Assembly: GCA_020060765.1 (NCBI GenBank)
Contig: JAGUZQ010000032.1
Span: 5,750 to 69,749, forward strand
Origin: Planctomycetota bacterium
GTDB taxonomy: Bacteria > Planctomycetota > SZUA-567
Length of the DNA: 64,000 nucleotides
Direction: 5' to 3'
Made by a program: the position numbers and the translations under genes. Shown piece by piece: positions 1 through 13,414 of the stretch. The number at the start of each line of letters is the position of its first letter. The stretch's first letter is position 1. The notes below the pieces were generated by a model. That model saw only the letters and a program-made list of their open reading frames with translations, made no database searches and was not told the origin of the DNA.

Positions 1-718
1 GGAAATAATTTTCAACTGCGCGGCTTATACCAATGTGGAAAAAGCGGAGGTAGAAGAGGAACTGGCAACCGCGATCAATGGCGCAGGCGTGCGCAATCTG
101 GCGCGGTTGGCAAAAGACAACGGCGCATACCTGCTGCATATTTCCACCGATTTCGTTTTTGACGGAAACAGCGCCCGGCCTTATCTGCCTGACGATCAGC
201 CCGCGCCGCTGTCTGCTTATGGTCGGAGCAAACTGGCGGGAGAAATCGCTCTGGCCGAAACCGGCGGCACATGGGCGATACTTCGCACCGCATGGCTGTA
301 CGGCATTCACGGCAGAAATTTCGTAGAGACCATGCTGTCGCTGGCGGCGAAAAACGGCAGGCTCGACGTCGTGGACGACCAGACAGGATCGCCGACCATG
401 ACGCTTGATCTGGCCGGGGTGATGCTGTCACTGGCGGAGAAAAAGGCGACCGGAGTGTATCATTGCGTCAATGCCGGGACAACCACCTGGTGCGGGTTCG
501 CACGGGAAATCGTCAAGCAGGCGGGGTTGGACGTGCCGGTTTATCCGCTTACTGCCGCGCAAGCATCTGAGAAATTCAACCTGAAAGCGGTGCGTCCCGC
601 TTATTCCGTGCTAGATTGCGGCGGACTGGAAAATGTTACCCACGGGAAAATGCGCGACTGGCACGAAGCGCTGGTGGATTATCTTTCGCGGCGTGAAACG
701 GCGAAACATGGCAATTGA
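1..718 (+). CDS. rfbD: dTDP-4-dehydrorhamnose reductase (RmlD/RfbD), 5' end outside window
   Basis: The frame is open from the window edge (EIIFNCAAYTNVEKAE..ISTDFVFDG..YGRSKLAGE). These are RmlD-type SDR motifs. The ORF-track start at 35 is internal. Confidence 0.85.
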   Translation, partial: EIIFNCAAYTNVEKAEVEEELATAINGAGVRNLARLAKDNGAYLLHISTDFVFDGNSARPYLPDDQPAPLSAYGRSKLAGEIALAETGGTWAILRTAWLYGIHGRNFVETMLSLAAKNGRLDVVDDQTGSPTMTLDLAGVMLSLAEKKATGVYHCVNAGTTTWCGFAREIVKQAGLDVPVYPLTAAQASEKFNLKAVRPAYSVLDCGGLENVTHGKMRDWHEALVDYLSRRETAKHGN

Positions 719-772
719 GCGATTTTCCCGGCATAGTTTTACAATACGCATACTTGACCGAAAGGCGCACCT

Positions 773-1723
773 TTGAACATACTCGTAACCGGCGGAGCGG
801 GATTTATCGGCTCCCATCTTTGCGAAAAACTGACCGCGCGCGGCGACCGCGTCGTGGCGCTGGACAATTTCGACCCGTTTTACGCCCACTCTCTCAAGGA
901 AAAGAATGTCGCGTCACTGCGCATACTGAAAAATTTCTCCCTGGTAGAAGGCGATATCAGAAGCAACGCTGATCTGGATCTGGCTTTCGGCGCGGGAAAA
1001 ATCGACGCGGTTGTCCACCTCGCGGCGCTGGCGGGAGTGAGACCGAGCATCGAGGAGCCGGCGCGTTACCAGGACGTCAATGTCGGCGGCACCACCCAGA
1101 TACTGGAGGCGATGCGGCGTCACGGGGTAAAAAAAATGGTATTCGGCTCCTCCAGTTCTGTTTACGGCAATAACGAAAAAGTTCCTTTCGCCGAGGACGA
1201 CCCGGTCGATCATCCCATCTCTCCCTACGCCGCCACCAAGAAGGCGTGCGAACTGATGTGCCATGCCTATCACCACCTGTTCGGGCTGGATATTTTCTGC
1301 CTGCGTTTTTTCACTGTCTACGGCCCGCGCCAGCGACCCGATCTGGCGATTCATAAATTCGCCCGCATCCTGCGCGAGGGCGGTTCCATCCCAATGTTCG
1401 GTGACGGCACGACCCGGCGGGACTATACCTATGTCGATGATATCGTGCAAGGCGTACTGGCGGCGCTGGAAAAGGTCGCGGGCTATCGCATCTACAATCT
1501 CGGCGAAAGCCAGACCACGGAATTGCGGGAGTTGATCCGGCTCATTGCCGCGTCGCTGGGAGTGGAAGCGAAAATCGAGCGGCTGCCGCTGCAGGCGGGC
1601 GACGTCGAACAGACCTATGCCGATATTTCGCGCGCGCGGTCGGAACTAGGCTACAGACCAACCACTAAAGTGGCGGAAGGGATTCCGCGTTTCATCAAGT
1701 GGTTTCGGGAGAACGGCGGCTAA
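773..1723 (+). CDS. NAD-dependent sugar-nucleotide epimerase/dehydratase (UDP-glucuronate 4-epimerase-like extended SDR)
   Basis: TTG start. Rossmann motif GGAGFIGSH and catalytic YAATKKACE (YxxxK). Adjacent to rfbD. Confidence 0.85.
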   Translation: MNILVTGGAGFIGSHLCEKLTARGDRVVALDNFDPFYAHSLKEKNVASLRILKNFSLVEGDIRSNADLDLAFGAGKIDAVVHLAALAGVRPSIEEPARYQDVNVGGTTQILEAMRRHGVKKMVFGSSSSVYGNNEKVPFAEDDPVDHPISPYAATKKACELMCHAYHHLFGLDIFCLRFFTVYGPRQRPDLAIHKFARILREGGSIPMFGDGTTRRDYTYVDDIVQGVLAALEKVAGYRIYNLGESQTTELRELIRLIAASLGVEAKIERLPLQAGDVEQTYADISRARSELGYRPTTKVAEGIPRFIKWFRENGG

Positions 1724-2070
1724 TGGGGCATGACTGGGATAATCTCGAAGGCGTCGACGCAACAGAGCGCATTTTTTGCGCTGGAATCGCCGCCTCCGCG
1801 GGAGAAATCCACCTTTCCAGCGACGGAGAAGGCGCCGCCATTTTTTTTATTACCAAGGAAGGACTGCGGTTTTTTACTCACCTGCCCAAAATCTGCAGCG
1901 ACGGTGTGCGTTGCTATTTGAAAACCCTCGCCGCGATCGACTGCTGGAAACAGCCTCCGGTCAGCGGTTTCGGGGTGTTCCGGCGGCACGGCAAGGACTT
2001 TCAGGTCGAGGTGAAAATCCTGCAGGGCACCGTAGAGCAGGACGTGACGATTAAAATTTCGACAATGTAA
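1723..2070 (+). CDS. hypothetical protein
   Basis: The ATG overlaps the upstream stop (TAATG) and the ORF fills an otherwise empty 400-bp gap. No recognisable motif. Confidence 0.3.
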   Translation: MGHDWDNLEGVDATERIFCAGIAASAGEIHLSSDGEGAAIFFITKEGLRFFTHLPKICSDGVRCYLKTLAAIDCWKQPPVSGFGVFRRHGKDFQVEVKILQGTVEQDVTIKISTM

Positions 2071-2120
2071 CTACCAGACAAAAGGGAGTTGGCATGATGC
2101 CACTTTCATAGGAGAAGAAC

Positions 2121-2597
2121 ATGGCTAAAATCCTGGTGGCATATTATTCCCGCACTGGCAATACGGAAAAAATGGCGCAGGCCGTCGCCGAGGGCGCGAA
2201 GGAAGCGGGACATGAGGTCGAGCTGAAAAAAGTGAATGATGTGAAACCCTCCTCTCTCTTGGATTATGACGGCTACGTTTTCGGCAGCCCGGTGTATTAC
2301 GGGCTCCCCGCCGCGCCGCTGGTGGAGCTGTTCGACGAATCTGTGATCCTGCACAAGCGCCTCTCCGGTCGGGTCGGCGGGGCGTTCGCCTCTTCCGGCA
2401 ACACCGGCGGCGGTAACGAAACTACCTGCATGGCGATTCTGCAGATGATGCTGGTACACGGGATGCTGGCGGTCGGTTCCGCCGAGGGTGACCACTACGG
2501 CCCGGTTGCGGTGGGCTCTCCCGACAGCCGCGCGTTGGCGCAATGCAAGGCGCTGGGCAAACGGGTGGCGGATTTCGCCGCCAAGGTCAAAAACTGA
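2121..2597 (+). CDS. flavodoxin-like fold protein (WrbA-type NAD(P)H:quinone oxidoreductase family)
   Basis: AGGAG RBS. N-terminus KILVAYYSRTGNTEKMA is a typical flavodoxin FMN-phosphate loop. 158 aa. Confidence 0.85.
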   Translation: MAKILVAYYSRTGNTEKMAQAVAEGAKEAGHEVELKKVNDVKPSSLLDYDGYVFGSPVYYGLPAAPLVELFDESVILHKRLSGRVGGAFASSGNTGGGNETTCMAILQMMLVHGMLAVGSAEGDHYGPVAVGSPDSRALAQCKALGKRVADFAAKVKN

Positions 2598-2611
2598 TCG
2601 CGGAGAGAAAA

Positions 2612-3355
2612 GTGATTCTGGCGGCAATCGGTTTTTATGAGGCGGCAGCAATTCTTGGTGCTCTGTTCTGCATAGTCCTGTTCGCGGTCTATTGCATTTT
2701 TAACGTGGTAGATGACGGGCTCAAACAGATGGCGCGGCTGGAAACCGACGCCGCCTATCGCGCGGAAACATTGGCCGGACTTGATGAAAAAATCCGCCTC
2801 GCTCCCGGTAAGCACGACCTGTATCTGCAACGCGCCAACGTAAGACGTTTCGCTGGCGATCAGGTCGGCGTAGCCGGGGATCTGGCGAAATACCTGCAAC
2901 ATAATCCACATGACGACAGCGCCTGGTTCGAACTGGCCGAGGCGCTGCTGGCTTTGGGAAAAGCGGAAGAAGCCTTAGGCGCCATTGACCGCGCGCTGGC
3001 GCTGGATGAAAATTACGCCGATTATTATCCGGTGAAAATCCGCGCGGCGCTGGTGGCGGAAAAGCCGGACAAAGCCGACGACGCGATGGAGAAATGGGAG
3101 AAATTGGAGCAACGCCTGGAAGACGCCGACCGCGAACGCAAGCGCCCGCAGATGCTGGCGGGGCGACCGCTGTCGCCGTTTGTCGCGCATCCGGCCTTGC
3201 CGCTGTACCGGGCGATGATTCTGCTGCAACGCGGAGACAAGGATGAGGCGGCCGCGATTGCGCGTGAAGCCTTAAAAGAAAATGACGCGGTGAACGAATT
3301 TCTGCATGAAGACCGCTTTTTTGCACCATTGAAAAACCTGGGAGACAACAACTGA
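2612..3355 (+). CDS. membrane-anchored TPR-like repeat protein
   Basis: A GTG at 2612 avoids overlap with the flavodoxin gene. N-terminal TM (ILAAIGFYEAAAILGALFCIVLFAVYCIF) followed by Ala/Leu-rich TPR-like helices. Confidence 0.6.
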   Translation: MILAAIGFYEAAAILGALFCIVLFAVYCIFNVVDDGLKQMARLETDAAYRAETLAGLDEKIRLAPGKHDLYLQRANVRRFAGDQVGVAGDLAKYLQHNPHDDSAWFELAEALLALGKAEEALGAIDRALALDENYADYYPVKIRAALVAEKPDKADDAMEKWEKLEQRLEDADRERKRPQMLAGRPLSPFVAHPALPLYRAMILLQRGDKDEAAAIAREALKENDAVNEFLHEDRFFAPLKNLGDNN

Positions 3356-4713
3356 TGTCGAGACTGATGATCGGAATTTCGGGCGTGCGCGGGGTGGTAG
3401 GGGAAAACCTTACGCCCGAACTGCTGGTGCGCCTGGGGCAGGCTTTCGGTACCTATACAGATTCGGGGAAAGTAGTTGTCGGTCGCGACACGCGAGTGTC
3501 GGGAGATATGGTCAAACACGCTGTGTTTTCCGGATTGCTTTCCGCCGGTTGCCGGATCGTCGACGTCGGGGTCTGCGCGACGCCCTCGGCGGCGATGATG
3601 GTGCACGAACTCAAGGCTGATGGCGGCATCGTGATCTCTGCCAGCCACAATCCCATCGAATGGAATGCGCTAAAGTTTTTCCGCGAGGACGGCGTCTATC
3701 TTAACGAGGAGCAGGGTCGGCAATTATTGGATATCTATTACGGCGGCGACGCGCGGAAAGTGACTTACGACAAGTTGCACGCAGTAGAACTCGACTCCAC
3801 CGCCAACGAGCGCCATCTGGAAAAGGTGGTCTCTCTGATCGATCTGAAAGCCATGCGGCGGAAAAAATTCCATATCGCTCTCGACTGCTGTAACGGCGCA
3901 GGCGTGGATCTGGCCATGATGTTCCTGCATCGCATCAACGCCCGGGTCGAGCCGTTGCACTGCGTGCCGGACGGGAATTTCGCGCATAATCCCGAGCCGA
4001 CCTTCGAGCATGTGAAGGGGCTGGCGACTCTGGTGAAAAGGAAAAATTGCGACATCGGTTTCGCGCAGGACGCAGACGCCGACCGGATCGCGCTGGTTTC
4101 GGAAACCGGTAAATATATCGGCGAGGAATACAGTCTCTGCCTCGCGGCGAAATACATTCTCGGCCGCACTCCGGGCAAGGTAGTCACCAACCTGTCGACC
4201 ACACGCATGATCGACGACGTGGCTGCCGCGTTCGACTGCGAAGTAATCCGTACGCCGGTGGGCGAGGTCAACGTAGCGGAGTGCATGTTGCGGGAAAAGG
4301 CGGTTGTGGGCGGCGAGGGCAACGGCGGAGTGATTGATCCCCGGGTGCATTACGGGCGCGACTCACTGACCGGCATGGCCTTGACGCTGCAACTGATGCT
4401 GGAGACCGGTCTGAAAATTTCCGACCTCGCCGCCGAGATTCCCACTTATCACATGGTCAAGGAAAAGGTGAGTTGCACCAAGCGCAAACTTAAACCCGTG
4501 CTGGGAGCCATTGCCAACGAAAAGGCTGACCGGGTCGATACGCGCGATGGCGTCAAACTCGATTTCGCCGACGGCTGGGTACATGTGCGAGCCAGCAACA
4601 CCGAACCCATCGTCCGTGTTTACGCCGAGGCCAGGACAAAGAAGCGCGCAGAGGATCTGGTCGCCAAATACCGCGCCGTGGTGGAAAAGGTAGTGAAAAA
4701 TCCTCGGGGATGA
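3355..4713 (+). CDS. alpha-D-phosphohexomutase (phosphoglucosamine mutase / phosphomannomutase-like)
   Basis: TGATG overlap with the upstream gene. Active-site SASHNP, metal loop QDADADR, sugar loop GGEGNGG. Confidence 0.85.
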   Translation: MSRLMIGISGVRGVVGENLTPELLVRLGQAFGTYTDSGKVVVGRDTRVSGDMVKHAVFSGLLSAGCRIVDVGVCATPSAAMMVHELKADGGIVISASHNPIEWNALKFFREDGVYLNEEQGRQLLDIYYGGDARKVTYDKLHAVELDSTANERHLEKVVSLIDLKAMRRKKFHIALDCCNGAGVDLAMMFLHRINARVEPLHCVPDGNFAHNPEPTFEHVKGLATLVKRKNCDIGFAQDADADRIALVSETGKYIGEEYSLCLAAKYILGRTPGKVVTNLSTTRMIDDVAAAFDCEVIRTPVGEVNVAECMLREKAVVGGEGNGGVIDPRVHYGRDSLTGMALTLQLMLETGLKISDLAAEIPTYHMVKEKVSCTKRKLKPVLGAIANEKADRVDTRDGVKLDFADGWVHVRASNTEPIVRVYAEARTKKRAEDLVAKYRAVVEKVVKNPRG

Positions 4714-4732
4714 ATCCGATCAGGGCGCGATC

Positions 4733-5695
4733 ATGAGCAAAAGCGGAAAAGCGATATTCATGTTGGTTTGCCTTTTGGCGGTGACGCTGACTTACCTGGT
4801 CAATGCTGCAGACGCCGGCAATTTCACCACCTTGGCTTTGCGGCAGGCGATAAAGAAGATTCTTCCCCTGCATAAAAAAATGGGCAAGCCGCAGGCTGGC
4901 GATTGGCTGGCGGCGCATGAGGAGGAAGGGCAGACCTTTTCGCAGTATCTGAAATTCGATCCCGTGCACCCGACCAAAAAACGGAACGTCATTTATATCC
5001 TGCCGCTGGGTGACTTTACGACGGAACAGCGTAAAATCATAAATTTGACTGCCGAGTTCATGGGCGCTTATTTCAACCTGACCGCGAAGGTCGGCGAGGA
5101 TATTCCGCTGAGCCTGATACCGGCTGACGCGCGTCGCGTTTCCTGGGATGAAGAACAGTTGCTGACGCCCTATATTTTGGATGAAGTTCTCGTCCCGCGT
5201 GTACCCAAGGACGGAGTCGCCTGTCTGGCGCTGACCGCGTCTGACCTGTGGCCGGGAAAGGGTTGGAATTTCGTTTTCGGACAGGCTTCGCTGCGGGAGC
5301 GCGTAGGCGTGTTCTCGCTTTTCCGTAATGGCAATCCTGCCGGGTCGGAAGAGGATTTCAAGCTGTGCCTGCTCAGAACTCTCAAAACCGCGACGCACGA
5401 AACCGCCCATATGTTTTCCCTGTTGCACTGCATCGAATATGAGTGCAACGAAAATGGCTCCAACAGCCGCGAGGAGTCAGACCGGAAACCTTTGTGGCTA
5501 TGTCCGGAGTGCATGGCGAAAATCTGCTGGATGGCGAAGGCCGATCCGGTTCAACGCTACCACAGGCTGGTCGATTTCTGCCACGAGAACAAGCTGCAAA
5601 CAGAATATGATTTTTACGTGAAATCCCTGCTCGCCCTGGGCGAAAAATACGATCCTAACGCTTCCGCCGAAAAGAAGGACAAAGCCGCGCAGTGA
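4733..5695 (+). CDS. archaemetzincin-like zinc metalloprotease with signal peptide
   Basis: HETAHMFSLLHCIEYEC..17 aa..CPEC fits the archaemetzincin HExxHxxGx3Cx4C...CxxC layout. N-terminal hydrophobic leader AIFMLVCLLAVTLTYLVNA. Confidence 0.7.
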   Translation: MSKSGKAIFMLVCLLAVTLTYLVNAADAGNFTTLALRQAIKKILPLHKKMGKPQAGDWLAAHEEEGQTFSQYLKFDPVHPTKKRNVIYILPLGDFTTEQRKIINLTAEFMGAYFNLTAKVGEDIPLSLIPADARRVSWDEEQLLTPYILDEVLVPRVPKDGVACLALTASDLWPGKGWNFVFGQASLRERVGVFSLFRNGNPAGSEEDFKLCLLRTLKTATHETAHMFSLLHCIEYECNENGSNSREESDRKPLWLCPECMAKICWMAKADPVQRYHRLVDFCHENKLQTEYDFYVKSLLALGEKYDPNASAEKKDKAAQ

Positions 5696-5764
5696 CGATG
5701 TCTCCCTGAACCACCCCAAAAGTTTTAGCTTCCCTTTTCCCCGGATTGGTTTTTAATTACTCAC

Positions 5765-6775
5765 ATGTTTATTCAGCCGCTAACTATCCGCAACCTGACT
5801 TTGGAAAACAATCTCTTCCAGGCACCGCTGGCGGGATATTCCGCTGCGCCGTTCCGGCTGTTGTCGTGGCGACTGGGCAGGCCGGGATTGCTGGCGACGG
5901 AAATGATTTCCGCGCGCGCGCTGGCCTTGAGCGCGCCGAAACAGGAAAAATATCTTCTGCGTTATCCGCAGGAAGGGCCGGTGTGTTTCCAGCTCTGGGG
6001 TGCCGATCCCGAGTCAGTCGGCGTCGCGACGCGGATTGTGACGGAAAAAGGCGCCGACGTGGTCGACCTCAATTGCGGCTGCCCCGTACGCAAGGTGCGG
6101 GCGGCTAACGCTGGCAGCAAGCTGATGGAAGATCCTATTCTGGTCGGGCGGCTGGTCAGGGCGATGCGAGAAAATACCGCTCTGCCGGTGACGGTTAAAA
6201 TCCGTGTCGGCACTGACGCGCGAAATTACAACGGCGTGGAAATCGCGAAAATCGCCGAAAGCGAGGGCACCGACCTGGTGACGGTGCATGGCCGTCACGC
6301 CAAAGAAAGTTATTCGACGCCGTGCCGGTATGGGGAGATCGCCAGGGTTGTGGACGCGCTGTCGATTCCGGTAATCGGCAACGGCGACGTGCGCGACGGC
6401 GAATCCGCACGGGCGATGTTTGAAAAAACCGGTTGCATGGGCGTGATGGTCGGGCGAGCCTGCATGGGCGCGCCGTGGGTGTTTGCGAAAATCAAGGCGG
6501 AAATTACAGGAGAAAAGTTCTCCCATCCTCCGGCGGCTGAAGTGGGGACACTGCTGCTGGAGCATTTTGACCTGTTGGCGAAAATAATCGGCGCGGAAAG
6601 CGCGGTTCGGAACTGCCGCAAACTCGGCAGCTTTTATTCCAAGGCGATGCGCGGCGCCAAGGAATTCCGCAACGGCCTGAATTATTGCCATGATCGCGAA
6701 TCGCTGGAGAAACTGATCACACACCATTTTTTCAACCATAACTGTTTCGCGCCCGTCGGCGACAGACTGGAATAA
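5765..6775 (+). CDS. dus: tRNA-dihydrouridine synthase
   Basis: FQAPLAGYS..PFR, DLNCGCP with catalytic Cys, and VHGR. TIM-barrel Dus family layout. Confidence 0.85.
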   Translation: MFIQPLTIRNLTLENNLFQAPLAGYSAAPFRLLSWRLGRPGLLATEMISARALALSAPKQEKYLLRYPQEGPVCFQLWGADPESVGVATRIVTEKGADVVDLNCGCPVRKVRAANAGSKLMEDPILVGRLVRAMRENTALPVTVKIRVGTDARNYNGVEIAKIAESEGTDLVTVHGRHAKESYSTPCRYGEIARVVDALSIPVIGNGDVRDGESARAMFEKTGCMGVMVGRACMGAPWVFAKIKAEITGEKFSHPPAAEVGTLLLEHFDLLAKIIGAESAVRNCRKLGSFYSKAMRGAKEFRNGLNYCHDRESLEKLITHHFFNHNCFAPVGDRLE

Positions 6776-6784
6776 TCTGCCTGC

Positions 6785-10417
<3,633 letters not shown>

Positions 10418-10448
10418 TTATGTCTGCATACCTGTGAAAGGACGCAAT

Positions 10449-11456
10449 ATGGATATCAGTGAAAAATTGTTTGCCCGTGCGGCGGAACACACGCGCAGCT
10501 TCGTGCTAGGCGGCAATCTCCCTTCCGCCGTGCTGGCAGTAGGCAACCGGCAGGATTTGCAATACTGCCAGGGCTTCGGCAAAGACGGCGCGGAAGACGA
10601 TTCTCTTGATCGGAAAATTTTCCTGCTCGCCTCAATCACCAAGACTTTCGCCGGGGTCGGTGTCGCGCGTCTCGTCGACCGGGGAATGCTCGACTACGAA
10701 GACCGGATCGTCAAATATATTCCCGAGTTCGCCAACCGGGACTGGCACAAAAAAATCACGGTCGGTTCCGTCATGACCCACAGCACCGGCCTGGCCACGC
10801 CCGATTTCGCGACGATGCTGGAAATGGGCTACGGCGTCGCGGATAGTTACAAGTGCGTTTTCGACACCGAAATGGTTTACGAACCCGGCGCGCGCATGGC
10901 GTACAGCACCTACACCTATCAGCTCCTGAATGAGATAGTCTTTCGACTTACCGGCATGCGGATGGGCAAATATCTACGCGAAGAGGTGTTCGAGCCTTGC
11001 GGGATGCCTGACACCGCCTTTTATCCCGTCGACAAAGCACGGGCGATGCCGGTAGTCGATATGTTCGTTAAAACACAGGAAGCCGTAGACAAATTTGCGG
11101 AACTGGAAGCCTCGGGCGCCGGTTGCTGGTCAACGGTCAGGGATTTGTACAACTACGGCAAAACCGTGCTGACGCCGGGGAAGCTGATGCAGCCGGAGAC
11201 TTTTGAAAAGATGATACGCCCGCAACCGCTGCCGCGCTTTAACGAGGAAGGTTTCAGCCGCCGCACCTGGGGCTGGAACCGCGAGCCGCAGGCGGCGTTT
11301 CCCCTGATGCCGAAAAGCGGTTTTTACCACGGCGGCGCCACCGGCGGCGTGTTGTGGCTGGATCCGGCGCGCGACTTTGTTTTCGTCTTTCTCAGCAACC
11401 GCTGGTCGGCCGGTAACGATCAGGCCTTCTCTACGTTGAATATGTTCTACGAATAG
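10449..11456 (+). CDS. serine hydrolase, beta-lactamase/PBP4*-related family
   Basis: SxxK motif ASITKTF. The ATG at 10449 is preceded by AAAGGA. Confidence 0.8.
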   Translation: MDISEKLFARAAEHTRSFVLGGNLPSAVLAVGNRQDLQYCQGFGKDGAEDDSLDRKIFLLASITKTFAGVGVARLVDRGMLDYEDRIVKYIPEFANRDWHKKITVGSVMTHSTGLATPDFATMLEMGYGVADSYKCVFDTEMVYEPGARMAYSTYTYQLLNEIVFRLTGMRMGKYLREEVFEPCGMPDTAFYPVDKARAMPVVDMFVKTQEAVDKFAELEASGAGCWSTVRDLYNYGKTVLTPGKLMQPETFEKMIRPQPLPRFNEEGFSRRTWGWNREPQAAFPLMPKSGFYHGGATGGVLWLDPARDFVFVFLSNRWSAGNDQAFSTLNMFYE

Positions 11457-11476
11457 GAACATAAAACTGCGATAAA

Positions 11477-11507
11477 AAAAGCCTCCCGCATAAACGGGAG
11501 GCTTTTT
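11477..11507. terminator. bidirectional rho-independent terminator
   Basis: AAAAGCCTCCCG-cataaa-CGGGAGGCTTTT, flanked by an A-run and a T-run, between convergent genes. Confidence 0.65.
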
Positions 11508-11532
11508 GCTGTAGTCATATCGGATAAAAAAC

Positions 11533-13164
11533 TTACCTGCCGCGCTGGCGGCGCAGACCGACGGCGGTTTCGTAATCCTGGGAGGCTTTTTCGGTTTCTC
11601 CCATCTTTTCCAACAGCCGCGCGCGCAACAGATAATGCAGCGGTTCGGTCGGCAGCAGGCTGATGGCGGACTGGTAATTATTCAGAGCCTCGGCGAAATT
11701 TTCGTATTTTTCCTCAAGCTCCGCGATGCGCAGGTATGACTCCGGGTCGTCGGGGGTGATGCCGACCGCTTTGCGATAACTTTTCAGAGCTTCGGCTCGT
11801 TTGTCCTGCGACAACTGCAGATCGCCGCGCAGCAGCACGAAGTCGATTTCCTCCGGACGTTTCTTGATTTCGCCTGACAGCAATCGCAGGGCGGCGGCGA
11901 TGTCGCCGCTGGCGGCCACGGCTTTGACCCAGCGAATGGTGATGCCGGTGTCGCCGTCCGATTGCTTGGCGGCTGAAGCGAAGTCGGCGGCGGCTCCGCG
12001 CGGGTCGTTCAGCATCAGCCGCAGTTCCGCCCGAGAAACCAGCGCGTCGGTCAGGGAAGGATCGTGCGACAGGGCGGTGTTGAGATCCCTTTCCGCTTCC
12101 TCCAGCCGGGAGATTTCCAGATACAGGCCGCCGCGCGTGGCATAGACCTCGGCGTTGTCGGGGTCGATTTCCATCGCGCGGGTGCAATCGGCGATAGCGT
12201 CTTCCCGCCGACCGAGCGAAGACAACACCTCCGCCCGTCCCAGCAGAATGCAGGCATCGCATGCGTTCAACTTGATCGCCAGATTATAGGCTTCCAACGC
12301 TTCCTTGACGTTGCCGCACTGCCAGGCAGAATCGGCCTGTCCATGCAGGGCTTCGTGGCTGCCGGGCGTGCGCTTGCCGACCCAGCGGTAATCCTCCAGC
12401 GCCTTGTCCGGCTGGCCGATGCGCAGCAGCAGGTGCGCCCGGGACAAGCGCGGCTCGGGATTGCCTGGCAGCAGCCTGACCGCGCGGTCGTAGTCCTTCA
12501 GCGCCAGTTCCGTTTCCTGGCAATTGGCGTTGGCGTCACCACGATAGAGATATACCCAGCCGTGATTGGGATGCAGGCGCGAAGCCTGGTTAAAGGTTTC
12601 TATCGCTTCCTTGTCGTCGCCGTTCTCCACCTGCGAATCGCCCATCGCCAGCAGCAAGTCGATGTTATCAGGTTCCAGTTCCAGCCCCCGGCGATAGCTT
12701 TCCACCGCCTTGCGGAACTCCTGCAGACGGTAATGGATATCGCCCTTAATCAGATAGATTCTGCTCCAGGCGGGATCGATTACGCAGGCTTTTTCCAGCA
12801 GTTTCAACGCTTCTTGAGTCTCGCCTTTTTCCGTCAGGTTCTGCGCCAACAACACGCAGGTTTCAGGGTTGGCATTGTCCAGATCCATGGCCGCGCGAAG
12901 GTCGTCGATGGCTTGGGGCAGGCTGCCCTTGCGGCGATGGAACTCCGAACGGCTGAGGTAGGGTTCGACTTCGCGCGGAGCTATTTCCACGGCGCGGTTG
13001 AAGGCGTCCAGGGCGTGCCTGTCCAATCCTTCGGCCTGATAATATTCACCGCGCGAAATAAAATAGCCGGCGTCGTGCCTGGATAAATCACCCGCCAAGG
13101 CGTATCCTCCTGCAAATTTCTTGTACCGGGCGGTTGGCGCTTGGTATGCAAGGCAACCCGGCAT
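11533..13164 (-). CDS. TPR repeat protein
   Basis: About 14 tandem 34-aa units with A..Y..Al.ldP.n signatures (for example ALEAYNLAIKLNACDA, AERDLNTALSHDPSL). Confidence 0.8.
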   Translation of the reverse strand: MPGCLAYQAPTARYKKFAGGYALAGDLSRHDAGYFISRGEYYQAEGLDRHALDAFNRAVEIAPREVEPYLSRSEFHRRKGSLPQAIDDLRAAMDLDNANPETCVLLAQNLTEKGETQEALKLLEKACVIDPAWSRIYLIKGDIHYRLQEFRKAVESYRRGLELEPDNIDLLLAMGDSQVENGDDKEAIETFNQASRLHPNHGWVYLYRGDANANCQETELALKDYDRAVRLLPGNPEPRLSRAHLLLRIGQPDKALEDYRWVGKRTPGSHEALHGQADSAWQCGNVKEALEAYNLAIKLNACDACILLGRAEVLSSLGRREDAIADCTRAMEIDPDNAEVYATRGGLYLEISRLEEAERDLNTALSHDPSLTDALVSRAELRLMLNDPRGAAADFASAAKQSDGDTGITIRWVKAVAASGDIAAALRLLSGEIKKRPEEIDFVLLRGDLQLSQDKRAEALKSYRKAVGITPDDPESYLRIAELEEKYENFAEALNNYQSAISLLPTEPLHYLLRARLLEKMGETEKASQDYETAVGLRRQRGR

Positions 13165-13414
13165 AAAATGAATAAGGCGCCACGCGGGCGCTTTATCCTC
13201 CTCCTCTTTACATCAGGCAATTTAGCCTCGAAACCACCACTGGTCAAGAGGAAAAACCCCTAAAATGCAAGCTTCCGGTTGCGGCTGAAACTCGACCGGT
13301 CTCATTTTTCTGTTGACGAAAAAACCTTAACCCTTAACATTGTAAATGGTTACCATATTGCGCAAAGTCTGCCGACCCTTTTCGGCAGCTTCGGTTTGAC
13401 ACGGAGGAACAGCA

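Noticed and set aside
2090-2102. 13-nt palindrome TGGCATGATGCCA about 20 nt upstream of the flavodoxin-like gene
   Set aside because: It could be an operator, but it is short, single-copy in the window and has no associated regulator gene. The support is insufficient to call a regulatory site.
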